Origin: Candidatus Hodarchaeota archaeon
GTDB lineage: Archaea > Asgardarchaeota > Heimdallarchaeia > Hodarchaeales > Hodarchaeaceae
DNA length: 44,339 nt
Assembly (NCBI GenBank): GCA_016839815.1
Contig: JAEOTM010000088.1
Span: 1-44,339, forward strand
Direction of reading: 5' to 3'
Shown here piece after piece: positions 18,828 to 29,345 of this stretch. The notes beneath the pieces are model-generated. The model saw only the letters and a program-made list of their open reading frames with translations, did no database searches and had not been told where the DNA came from. How positions within the stretch are numbered: the stretch's first letter is position 1; each line of letters opens with the position of its first letter. The position numbers and the translations under genes were made by a program.

Positions 18828-19430
18828 TCATGATACTAAAAGTTTGTTTGATAAATGAGTGTTTGAATCTGAAGATATATTACCTACTTTGTTGTTTTTT
18901 CTTTCGATTGATAATAAAACATACTCAAAAATATTCATAACGGTTGGTAAATCCTTAGCTGAGCATTTAAATGATTTAATACAATTATATCTCTGAACAT
19001 AACGATCTAAATTAAAATCTCTTTCATCATGAGTTGCTAGATCAGATTTTGTACCAATTAGAAATCTGGGGATAAGGGGGGGAATGAACTCGATCCATTC
19101 AGCAAGATTAAACAAGGATGAAAGATCAGTAAGATCAAAACAGAGTAAAGCTGCATCTGCACCTTTACAGAAATCACCAAAGACTCCCATATGCTTGAAA
19201 TGCTCCTGACCACCAAGATCCCATAGCTGGAGTTTACTTACTTCATTCTCTGAACGTGAAATAATCTTTGAATGGAACTCAACAGCGATAGTCTGTTTTG
19301 ATTTTGTAAAAAAATAGTTATCAATGTATGATTTAGATATTGTAGTTTTTCCTACACCTCCTTCTCCCAAAAGTACAATTTTCAGTGGTTTTTTTTCTTT
19401 CGAAGGAATTAACCGCAAATAATACACCAA
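18828..19430 (-). CDS. Ras-superfamily (Rab-like) small GTPase
   Basis: G1 GEGGVGKT, G2 TIAVEF, G3 WDLGGQ, G4 TKSD, G5 CSAK; no C-terminal prenylation cysteines. Confidence 0.92.
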   Translation of the reverse strand: MVYYLRLIPSKEKKPLKIVLLGEGGVGKTTISKSYIDNYFFTKSKQTIAVEFHSKIISRSENEVSKLQLWDLGGQEHFKHMGVFGDFCKGADAALLCFDLTDLSSLFNLAEWIEFIPPLIPRFLIGTKSDLATHDERDFNLDRYVQRYNCIKSFKCSAKDLPTVMNIFEYVLLSIERKNNKVGNISSDSNTHLSNKLLVS

Positions 19431-19523
19431 TTTTATTAAATGCGGTGTCCCATTTAAAGTCCCAAAAATAATCGAAATTTAGGTTCTTAAAAATCGGATC
19501 TTAAATAAGCTCATGATGGAATC

Positions 19524-19736
19524 ATGAAGTATCATAGTAAACTGAAGGAATTTCGATCAAGAATTAAAAGAATGGATAGAAAAAGAAGAGGCTCACCTCT
19601 TGTAGAAGAGGGAATATTGATAGGTTTGAGTTTATTCGGATTCCTATTGATATTTTCTATCGTCACAGGAATTTTAGATTGGCTTCTGATTAATGCAGAT
19701 CAATTACTCCGAGAACTAGGCTCTCTCTTTGCTTGA
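19524..19736 (+). CDS. Flp-sized type IV prepilin (class III signal peptide)
   Basis: Basic leader ending RKRRG, followed by SPLVE (Glu at +5) and a long hydrophobic helix; 47-aa mature peptide. Confidence 0.65.
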   Translation: MKYHSKLKEFRSRIKRMDRKRRGSPLVEEGILIGLSLFGFLLIFSIVTGILDWLLINADQLLRELGSLFA

Positions 19737-19878
19737 ATTAAAATTCTATTATCTGAATGTGCCTTAAGCTGAATCTCATTTTATAAATTTGTTTTTTCTA
19801 TTGATTGGGAACCAATTCTATGCTTACAGCTTATAAGGAGAAGAGAAATCATGTAGAAATATGTATGTGTTTATGATA

Positions 19879-19953
19879 TGGACCGAGTGGGATTTGAACC
19901 CACGACCTCCTGGATGCAAACCAGGCGCTGCTACCAAGCTGAGCTATCGGCCC
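19879..19953 (-). tRNA. tRNA-Ala(UGC), intronless
   Basis: Acceptor GGGCCGA/TCGGTCC with G3:U70; anticodon arm CCTGG-TTTGCAT-CCAGG; T arm GTGGG-TTCAAAT-CCCAC. Confidence 0.95.
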
Positions 19954-19996
19954 AATGGATTAATTTTTGATTATTAAGGAATTTTTTAAAAAGCTT

Positions 19997-20563
19997 TCAA
20001 TTATCTTTAGACGGTGGATCTTTCCAAATTTTCATTGGATCTTGTTTCAATCTAAAGCGCTTTTGTTCTAAGAGTCTGTATACTGTTCCATGCTTCGAAC
20101 CTCGAATTAGCATCTCTATCGCTTCTTTTGCAGAACGTATTTCTTCAAGATCTCCAATTATCGAAATTTGTGAACCAAAAATTGAAATATAAGTATCGGT
20201 CCCTGATTCAATCATATTTCTTGCTTTCCCTTTTTCTCCTATCAACCGTGCTTTTAATCTCTTAATGTTATTTTTAGATCCTTCAAGCTGAATTGTTTCC
20301 AAATAAATGCTATCATCTATCAGATAGAATGCTTTGTCTGCGTTAAATCCCCTTCCTATTGCTTTTATGATGTCTCGTGCCTTCCAGACATAAGTAGGAT
20401 CAATTGTTTTATCAGAAGAGGTAATAATTATTGAACCATCTTCGCTGTCTACTTGGATATTTACTCCAGCAAGAGATTCGATTTCTGCCTTTGTTTCGCC
20501 TTTTCTACCTATCACTACCCCTATTCGACTTTTTGGAATTCTTACTCTACTAGAAATACTCAT
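19997..20563 (-). CDS. KH-domain rRNA processing protein Dim2/Pno1
   Basis: RIGVVIGRKGETK, KAIGRGF, RLIGEKG, GSKHGTVY; follows rio1. Confidence 0.9.
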   Translation of the reverse strand: MSISSRVRIPKSRIGVVIGRKGETKAEIESLAGVNIQVDSEDGSIIITSSDKTIDPTYVWKARDIIKAIGRGFNADKAFYLIDDSIYLETIQLEGSKNNIKRLKARLIGEKGKARNMIESGTDTYISIFGSQISIIGDLEEIRSAKEAIEMLIRGSKHGTVYRLLEQKRFRLKQDPMKIWKDPPSKDN

Positions 20564-21399
20564 AATATTATCTCCTTAACAGAATCTGGTGAATTATTAA
20601 CAATATTTTCAAAAATTATTTCTGTTTCTGGTGTGTCAACTCCCCGTTTAGAAAAATAAAACAATATATTATTTAAATCCCTTTCTAGAAATTCTTCTGC
20701 TCTTGGATGAGAAGATATAACACTCTGGCTCATATCTATTAAAAATGGAATGGATTCTTTTACTACAATATTATAGGGGGATAAATCTGCATGGATAAGA
20801 TCTGCTTTTTGGTATAATCTTCTAATCTGATCTAAAATTGTAATCATCATTATCTCGGTAGCTTCATCTGGAGTTATTCTTAACAAAGGACTTGGTATTC
20901 CATTAGTTCCAATCAACTCCATTAATAAAACGTTATTTTTAACTAAAATTGGTTTCGGGACATTAACACCAGCAAGAGTACTTCTACTTAGATTTCTATA
21001 CTCTTTCTCGACCCACAATTTAATTACATTCCTAGTCTTCTTACTATACTTTTTAAAACGAATATCGCCCGAAATATACTTCTCAATACTTCTAAAGTTT
21101 AATGTGCTTGTCCTAAAGACCTTGATGACAATTGGTGACTCTATAGAAAGATCTTCGCAAATCAGTTTTCCTTTAGGGCCAAGAGTTGCAAGAAAAACTC
21201 CAGATTCCTTCCCAGATGCTATTGTTCCAGTAATAGAATCAATTATTCCCTTACTTTGTAGATTTGATAATATTTTTGTGGTATTTGCATCAATAACTGC
21301 ATTAATTGTCTGGTAGTCTTCCTTTCCCTTCTTTTTTTTACGCCAACGATCATTAGAGTCAGTTAATTTTTCCCAGATCTTCTTATCATCGGGTTTCAT
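20560..21399 (-). CDS. rio1: RIO1 atypical protein kinase
   Basis: IASGKES, WVEKEYRNL, LIHADLSPYNI, IDMSQSV. Confidence 0.92.
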   Translation of the reverse strand: MKPDDKKIWEKLTDSNDRWRKKKKGKEDYQTINAVIDANTTKILSNLQSKGIIDSITGTIASGKESGVFLATLGPKGKLICEDLSIESPIVIKVFRTSTLNFRSIEKYISGDIRFKKYSKKTRNVIKLWVEKEYRNLSRSTLAGVNVPKPILVKNNVLLMELIGTNGIPSPLLRITPDEATEIMMITILDQIRRLYQKADLIHADLSPYNIVVKESIPFLIDMSQSVISSHPRAEEFLERDLNNILFYFSKRGVDTPETEIIFENIVNNSPDSVKEIIL

Positions 21400-22009
21400 C
21401 GCTCGGAGACCTCTTAAATGAGGTAACTAATTTCCCAAATGATTTTGCAGTTATACGGTCCTGAATAAGACCACAATTTGGACATTTTAGTGTATTCCGT
21501 CTAAAAAAATCTAAATCAGTTCCGCAATGATTACACTGAGCAATTACAACTCCCAGTCCATCACCTATAAGACTGATATATACAGGTTTCATTGTTCTTA
21601 CAATTTTAAATTTAAGCCAATCACCCGGACGTGTTACCTCATACATGTTTTTTACAAATCTTCTTGAGGCTTCAGATACATGTAAGATACTATTCACTGG
21701 TAATGAAACTTGAGTGTCATTAACTCGATGAATATCGACAGATGCTATCTGTTTTTTAACATATACAACCCTTCCAATACCCGTATCACCTTTCTTAAGC
21801 TCAAATAATCGTTTAAATGGTTTTACTGTGATTTTATGCTTTTTTTGATCAGGTATCACTTCACCTGTTGTCATAGATAATATGCTTCCGTCTTGTTCAA
21901 AGCACGTTTCATCAGGTAAAAATTCCTCTATTACTGCAATTTTGTCACCTGGTACAACCCGACTTTGAGTTGTATTTTCTACATGTTTTTTACTCATTTC
22001 CAATCCCAA
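21386..22009 (-). CDS. csl4: Exosome RNA-binding subunit Csl4
   Basis: VVPGDKIAVIEEF, S1 domain (LHVSE..RPGD), LGVVIAQCNHCG..CPNCG zinc ribbon. Confidence 0.88.
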   Translation of the reverse strand: MGLEMSKKHVENTTQSRVVPGDKIAVIEEFLPDETCFEQDGSILSMTTGEVIPDQKKHKITVKPFKRLFELKKGDTGIGRVVYVKKQIASVDIHRVNDTQVSLPVNSILHVSEASRRFVKNMYEVTRPGDWLKFKIVRTMKPVYISLIGDGLGVVIAQCNHCGTDLDFFRRNTLKCPNCGLIQDRITAKSFGKLVTSFKRSPSDETR

Positions 22010-22146
22010 TGGTAGGTAATGGGGAATAATTTTAATATTCTGCTAGAGATTACTCCATTTTCTCATCTAGAGAAAAAGCAAATATTCTTACAGAATCCAA
22101 CTACCCTTAATTTGATTTGATTTCCAGTCTTAATCAATAATAATTC

Positions 22147-22845
22147 TTATTCCAATGTCCCATGAGAAAAGCGAATTAGGTCTACCTTCACATTATGTTG
22201 ATTACGGGTATGAAATTTAAATGTTCGCTGTAAAGGAAATTCTACAGTTGCGAGTATTTCTGATCGTTTTCTATATGAAGATGCGATCCTTTTCCATAAG
22301 TTTCGTGACTTATCACTGGTTTTATGTAGTGAGAGAACCACTTCAGAATAAGTAAGTGCTTTTCTAAGGAACACTTGGTCAATCCCTTTTCTTTGAGTTC
22401 CAAAAGGAGGATTCATGATTGTTGTCTGGAATATCTTCTTCCAATTTGTGGCCTCGACAAATTCAATCGCTGAGGTCAGCAAATCAACATGTAGATGAAG
22501 TTTTTTCATATTAACTCGTAAATGTTCAATAGCTGAAAAATCATTATCAACCCCAATGACTCTCCCCTGAAAAAATTTCGATATAGGGAGCGTAAATCTT
22601 CCAGTACCACATCCTAAATCTGTAATATTCCTGTCTGTCAAATCTGTCTTAGATAAGACTAGGATAAATGAGATTAAATCACTAGGGAGAGAATACTGTT
22701 CTGAAAGTATTTTGGGAGATTTAAACGTTTCAATCTGTTCGACAAAGGTCTTAATTCTATTAAAGAACAAATAGTCGCGCTTCGAGAAAGACAGATTCTG
22801 GGGATAGATCAGTTTAAATTGTAGATTCTTAGGGAACACAGTCAT
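22147..22845 (-). CDS. METTL5-like N6-adenine RNA methyltransferase
   Basis: EQY, DLGCGTG, MNPPFG, SLHK, FKFH motifs. Confidence 0.85.
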   Translation of the reverse strand: MTVFPKNLQFKLIYPQNLSFSKRDYLFFNRIKTFVEQIETFKSPKILSEQYSLPSDLISFILVLSKTDLTDRNITDLGCGTGRFTLPISKFFQGRVIGVDNDFSAIEHLRVNMKKLHLHVDLLTSAIEFVEATNWKKIFQTTIMNPPFGTQRKGIDQVFLRKALTYSEVVLSLHKTSDKSRNLWKRIASSYRKRSEILATVEFPLQRTFKFHTRNQHNVKVDLIRFSHGTLE

Positions 22846-22925
22846 TTCACTAGTTTTCTACTTAGATATTATGAAAAAACTTCCCCCAAAATAACTGAAA
22901 AGAGAAGGAAAATTGGAAATGAGAA

Positions 22926-23369
22926 TTAACGCATAGGCTTTTCCTTTCTTCCCGAAAGCATTGCGCTGAGACTTACTCCATTAACATGAACTACTCGATA
23001 TCGTACTCCAGGTAGATCTCCAACTGCTCCACCCTTTCCACCGCCAATACCTTCTATCGAAACTTCATCATGCTCATCAATGAATAATAATCCTCCATCT
23101 CCAGGAACAAATGCTGTAACTTGTTTTCCATTCTTTATGAGCTGAACTCTCACACATTTCCTGATGGCTGAATTTGGTTGTTTTGATTCGATACCAACTT
23201 TTTCAATCACAATGCCGCGAGCTTGAGGAGATCCTTCAAGAGGGTCATATTTTTCCTTCAAACGGAGTACTTTTCTCTTGTATGTTGTGCTCTTCCATCG
23301 AAATTTTTTCCGTTTCCTAACCAGCTTGTTTGCCGCGAATTCGCCTCTTGGTGATTTCAATCCAGTCAT
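22926..23369 (-). CDS. rps12: Ribosomal protein uS12
   Basis: [32 protein letters not shown]. Confidence 0.98.
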   Translation of the reverse strand: MTGLKSPRGEFAANKLVRKRKKFRWKSTTYKRKVLRLKEKYDPLEGSPQARGIVIEKVGIESKQPNSAIRKCVRVQLIKNGKQVTAFVPGDGGLLFIDEHDEVSIEGIGGGKGGAVGDLPGVRYRVVHVNGVSLSAMLSGRKEKPMR

Positions 23370-23506
23370 ATTTTTTCGCCTAATGTTTGTAGATGGATGT
23401 AAGTCCTATATTCTCGCATTTTTATTAGTTAATATAACAGTAAACGCATTTAACATCTTTTTTAATTTGGTTTTTGAACAGTTTGGCAATTGCATCTTTA
23501 ATGAAA

Positions 23507-23947
23507 TTAATTCGGGCATTGAATAATTACATTATTCACCCCAAAATGCCTTTTTAAGAGTAATCGTGATCGTTGTATATTTCTACCATTTTTTCCAATA
23601 GCTTTTCCTTTTTCTCGTTGAATAACTGTCACGATTACTGTTTTCTTACCCGCTTTCTCAATAATTTCCACATTTTTAGTTTTTGCAGGTGCTAATGTGT
23701 TTGTAGTAAATTTTTCAATTTTTTCGGAGTATTCAACTACTTCAATATTCTTTCTGAAATGTTCACGGAGTCGCTGGATTGTAGTACCTCCCCTTCCAAT
23801 TACTTTCCCTGTATCATTTCTGCGAACAATGAAAATAACTCTATTGTCTTCTTTTTCCCAGATGCAATCGACAGCTAGAGCACCAGTTAAGCCCTCTAAT
23901 GTCGATATGAAGCTCAATTCCTCTTGAGACATTCGAATATTGGACAA
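23507..23947 (-). CDS. nusA: Archaeal NusA (two KH domains)
   Basis: GKVIGRGG and GKAIGKNGRNI; position between rpl30e and rps12. Confidence 0.93.
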   Translation of the reverse strand: MSNIRMSQEELSFISTLEGLTGALAVDCIWEKEDNRVIFIVRRNDTGKVIGRGGTTIQRLREHFRKNIEVVEYSEKIEKFTTNTLAPAKTKNVEIIEKAGKKTVIVTVIQREKGKAIGKNGRNIQRSRLLLKRHFGVNNVIIQCPN

Positions 23948-23958
23948 AAGTGTACTTC

Positions 23959-24261
23959 CTATTCTATATATTCAAGAATTTTTGAATTTCCTGGATCAAG
24001 GATAGCAATGGTTGAAACTTTGTGAGGGCGTCCACATACTGCTCCCAATTCTTTTCCACTCTTTTGGTAGTTTATAATTGGAATATTCGAAAGCTCACAA
24101 CTTCTCTTTAATTCTTCTGCGATGTTTAAAGGTAAATTGCTCGATACGATGGTAGCTTTTACTTTCCCATTTAATACACTCTTAATAACATCACTGTATC
24201 CCATTCTTACTTTTCCAGTACTCATTGCCATATTTATTGCTTTTTCAATGTCTGGTTTCAT
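23959..24261 (-). CDS. rpl30e: Ribosomal protein eL30
   Basis: TGKVRMG, ELGAVCGRPH..AILDPGNSKIL. Confidence 0.95.
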   Translation of the reverse strand: MKPDIEKAINMAMSTGKVRMGYSDVIKSVLNGKVKATIVSSNLPLNIAEELKRSCELSNIPIINYQKSGKELGAVCGRPHKVSTIAILDPGNSKILEYIE

Positions 24262-24263
24262 TT

Positions 24264-25469
<1,206 letters not shown>

Positions 25470-28157
25470 TTAATTCTCCTCGGATGAGATTTCTTCCTCA
25501 ATGATAGTATCAATATCTACAGGTCGTCCATGGTATGATTTCATTGGATCTACTCCATCTTCTCCATATTTCATTTGAACTACATCTCCTTCAGTTGTTC
25601 TTACGATAATATCATAGTTGACATGTAAATCCTGAAGAGCATTCACTAATCTTCTTTGAAGGTAACCACTTGTAGAGGTTCTTACTGCTGTATCTACAAG
25701 TCCCTCACGCCCACCCTGTGCATGGAAGAAGAATTCTGTTGGTGATAATCCTGATCTATAATTTGAACGCACAAAGCCTCTCGCAACCGGTCCTATGTCG
25801 TTCTTTTTAAAATGAGGCAGTGCACGTTTCCTATATCCCCTTAAGATTCTTTCTCCTCGGATTGATTGCTGACCTACACACGCAGCCATCTGAGCAATGT
25901 TCAATTGTGTTCCTTTCGCTCCAGTTGAAGCCATTACGACTGCTGAATTAGAAATACCCATGTAATCATTTGCGACACTTCCTGCACTGTCCCTAGCTTT
26001 GGCTAGGATACTCATAATCCTCATTTCAAGAGTTTCTTCCAGTGATTTACCAGGTAAAGGTTCTAATTCCCCTCTACGATAAGCTTCAATCATCTCATTC
26101 GCTGCATTCTCTTTTTCTTCTATTAACATATTGATTCTTTTCTTACCTTCATCTGGAAGATTTACATTTGAATACCCAAGGCTGAACCCTTCATGAGAGA
26201 GAAACTCAAGTAATAACTGGGTTAATGAATCCAGAAATTCACGAGCTCGGTCACTGCCATGATCTTTCACCACTACATGCAATACACTTTCAGATTCATC
26301 AGCTCCAATTGCACGTCGATCGATCACGCCCGAAAGCAACAAACCGTTGCGAATATAAACATAGCTATCAAATTCACATAGTTCTCCTTTACATAATTCG
26401 TGCTTTCGACAGGTTCTAGCTTTTGTTGTGACATTCACATCAGGAGGTAATAATAAACTAAAAACTTGTTTTCCAGTCCATAATTCCTCAGGATAAGCTA
26501 TTGCGGGTTTTGGAAGTTCTGCATCATAATTACCTGCTAGTAAAAGCTGCCAGACATCCTCTTTTGAAATCAGAGTCTTTTTTCTAGTTAGAAGAAAAGC
26601 AGCAGAAACGTAATCATGCAGTGCTCCAATGATAGGACCACCATATCTTGGAGACAATATTTGTTCTTGAACACGCATCAACACTCTAGTTTCAGCTCGT
26701 GCCTCTTCACTTTGAGGAACATGTAAATTCATTTCATCTCCATCAAAATCCGCATTATAAGGAGTACACACACAAAGATGGAGTCTGAATGTTTTATAGG
26801 GCATTACACGTACTTCGTGAGCCATTATAGACATACGATGGAGAGAAGGCTGTCTGTTGAAAAGTACCATATCTCCATCACGAAGATGTCGTTCTACAAT
26901 GAACCCTTGATCGATCATCTCTGCAGTTTTATTTAAGTCACCAACAAATCGTAAATCTATCCTTTTTCCATCTGGCCTAATGATATAGTTAGAACCTGAT
27001 TGTGAAACACCAGTTTTCTCATCAATGTCAGGGTTGGGGCCATTCATAACCAATTCTTTCATTTCTTCAATGTTCCATTCTGTTACACGTTCAGGAACTG
27101 TGAGAATTTTAGCTATTTGTTCTGGAACCCCTACTTCATTAATAGAGATATTAGGATCTGGTGAAACAACAGTTCGAGCAGAAAAATCCACTCTTTTTCC
27201 TGATAAATTACCACGAAAACGTCCCTCTTTCCCTCTTAATCGCTGAGTCAATGTACGAAGAGCTCTTCCAGATCGGTGACGTGCTGGGGGAATACCTGCG
27301 ACTTCATTATCCATAAACGTTGTAACATGATATTGAAGTAGTTCCCACAAATCTTCTACTATGAGTTGTGGTGCTCCAGCCTCAATATTTTCTCTTAGAC
27401 GCTGGTTTATTCTAATGATATCTACTAATTTGTGTGTTAAATCGTCTTCACTTCGTACTCCAGATTCTAACGTTATAGAAGCTCGGACAGATACCGGAGG
27501 TACTGGTAATACTGAAATAATCATCCATTCTGGTCTGGAATGGTGAGCATCAATTCCTAATAACCGTAAATCTAATGTAGGAATACCCTCAAATCGTTTC
27601 TGAATTTCCGAGGGTGTTATTCTTACTGATCCTTCTGGAGTTTCCTCGAAAAAGCTTGTAGGTTTTTCGTACTTAATTTTATACTGAGGTTGGCTACAAT
27701 GTGGACATTCAGCCTTCTTTTTGGCTTCCTTAATTATTTCTTTGATTAATTCGGAAACAGATTTGATGTCCTCCTTTTCTGCAAGCTCATCCATCTGTTT
27801 ATGGTAGTTCTTAATTGTTATAGAGTCAAGAATTATTCTTGAACATGCCCGACAACTAGATCGAAGGAGTTTGTAGATGATAGATTTCGCATATCCAACA
27901 TGAATAACAGGTCGAGCAAGCTCAATCATACCGAAATGGCCTGGACAATCTCCCACCTGATTGCCACATGTCTTACATCTCTGGCCAGGCTCAATTGTAC
28001 CAAGTCGCCTATCAATTAATCCCCCTTCGATAGGAGTACCATCTTCATTATATGTATCAGCCGTAATGATTTTTGTAACAGCCATTTTTCGAATTTCATC
28101 TGGTGATAAAATACCAAATTGGATTTGACTAATTTTTTTAAGTTCTGGTGTCCACAT
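25470..28157 (-). CDS. rpoA1: RNA polymerase subunit Rpo1N (A')
   Basis: YNADFDGDEMN, GKRVDFSAR, NRQPSLH, GGREGLVDTA. Confidence 0.98.
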   Translation of the reverse strand: MWTPELKKISQIQFGILSPDEIRKMAVTKIITADTYNEDGTPIEGGLIDRRLGTIEPGQRCKTCGNQVGDCPGHFGMIELARPVIHVGYAKSIIYKLLRSSCRACSRIILDSITIKNYHKQMDELAEKEDIKSVSELIKEIIKEAKKKAECPHCSQPQYKIKYEKPTSFFEETPEGSVRITPSEIQKRFEGIPTLDLRLLGIDAHHSRPEWMIISVLPVPPVSVRASITLESGVRSEDDLTHKLVDIIRINQRLRENIEAGAPQLIVEDLWELLQYHVTTFMDNEVAGIPPARHRSGRALRTLTQRLRGKEGRFRGNLSGKRVDFSARTVVSPDPNISINEVGVPEQIAKILTVPERVTEWNIEEMKELVMNGPNPDIDEKTGVSQSGSNYIIRPDGKRIDLRFVGDLNKTAEMIDQGFIVERHLRDGDMVLFNRQPSLHRMSIMAHEVRVMPYKTFRLHLCVCTPYNADFDGDEMNLHVPQSEEARAETRVLMRVQEQILSPRYGGPIIGALHDYVSAAFLLTRKKTLISKEDVWQLLLAGNYDAELPKPAIAYPEELWTGKQVFSLLLPPDVNVTTKARTCRKHELCKGELCEFDSYVYIRNGLLLSGVIDRRAIGADESESVLHVVVKDHGSDRAREFLDSLTQLLLEFLSHEGFSLGYSNVNLPDEGKKRINMLIEEKENAANEMIEAYRRGELEPLPGKSLEETLEMRIMSILAKARDSAGSVANDYMGISNSAVVMASTGAKGTQLNIAQMAACVGQQSIRGERILRGYRKRALPHFKKNDIGPVARGFVRSNYRSGLSPTEFFFHAQGGREGLVDTAVRTSTSGYLQRRLVNALQDLHVNYDIIVRTTEGDVVQMKYGEDGVDPMKSYHGRPVDIDTIIEEEISSEEN

Positions 28158-28514
28158 AGTGTTTTCTCCCAGTCATAGTATCAGCTGAGTAAGAATTATA
28201 TGTTTAGGAAGTAATTAGAAATTTTTTAATCGAGGAGTTTGCACGGAATTTGAGCATTTATCAACTAATGCAAAATTAAAAATGGTTTATGTAGTTTCAT
28301 AGAGAATTCGATATATGAAGGAATTTCGAAACTTTAAGTGAGTGTCTGAATAAGGAGTAATCTCTTCTTCAAGGAAACAAATTTCCTCGTAAATTCTTTC
28401 TTCTATTCGATGCTCTTAACTTGATTTAGATTTTTCTTCGGAGTTTAAAAAAGACAGGTGTTTTTTACATTTTAGTCTTATCCTAGTTTTTTAAGCAGTA
28501 CGAATCGAATTTAC

Positions 28515-28697
28515 CTATACAAGATATAAATTGAGAGTTAGGACAAACAAACCTAGGATTATTGAATATTTACCGATCTTTGAACCAGTAGGGACATAAA
28601 ATATTGCTCCTAAGGTAAGTGTGAATAAGCCAAAAGGTATAGAGATAAAAATCGTAATTATTTCAGTTAATATTTGAAGAATCATGATTTCTAGCAT
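28515..28697 (-). CDS. 60-aa two-helix membrane protein, VirB2/CedA1-shaped
   Basis: Hydrophobic helix - GAIFYVPTGSKIGK turn - hydrophobic helix; 4 nt downstream of the previous gene. Confidence 0.5.
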   Translation of the reverse strand: MLEIMILQILTEIITIFISIPFGLFTLTLGAIFYVPTGSKIGKYSIILGLFVLTLNLYLV

Positions 28698-28701
28698 AAT
28701 A

Positions 28702-29289
28702 TTACCACTTCCATTTAGGAAACTCAGGAAAATGATTACCTAGGGGTAGAATAACCAACAAAAGACAGAAAATACTTTTTTTTATATTTTTAACGGCTAT
28801 TTTTTCCTGATTAAGCAAATAAAGACCACAATTTCCAGTGAAATATATTAACGATAATGTAGCAAAAATGAACACAAGATACATACTTAGGAATGATGTA
28901 AAAGCTTCAAGCTGCGCATAATTCGTCGAATGTAAGCTATTCTTTAGAGATGTATCATTGAATATGAACATGAATAATCCAATCACACTCAATGCTCGAA
29001 TGATCATCCACTTTCCATTTTCTTCCTTTTCATCGAGTAAGTAAGTTAATCCTCCAATAATCAATGAGATATTTGAAATAACTACCGCTATTGCGTAAAG
29101 AAACGGAATTACATCTACAAATAAGCTTATTACTGAAGATGAAAATTCCTCATATCCATTAAAATTAAATAAATTTTCAAAAAGTACTTTTTTATCAATT
29201 AAAATTGTGAAAAAGAAGTACTGTGATAATAAAAGGTTTTTTTGAAACATATTCAAGAGAAGATGTCCACTCTGAATATAAGATCCCAA
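28702..29289 (-). CDS. Membrane protein with two tandem helical-hairpin (VirB2/TrbC-shaped) repeats
   Basis: GGLTYLLDEKEENGKWMIIRAL and NCGLYLLNQEKIAVKNIKKSI are internally similar units. Confidence 0.55.
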   Translation of the reverse strand: MGSYIQSGHLLLNMFQKNLLLSQYFFFTILIDKKVLFENLFNFNGYEEFSSSVISLFVDVIPFLYAIAVVISNISLIIGGLTYLLDEKEENGKWMIIRALSVIGLFMFIFNDTSLKNSLHSTNYAQLEAFTSFLSMYLVFIFATLSLIYFTGNCGLYLLNQEKIAVKNIKKSIFCLLLVILPLGNHFPEFPKWKW

Positions 29290-29345
29290 ATTCCTTAATA
29301 ATTTAAATTAGACTAATTTCCACCTAGTACGATTCAAAATGACAA

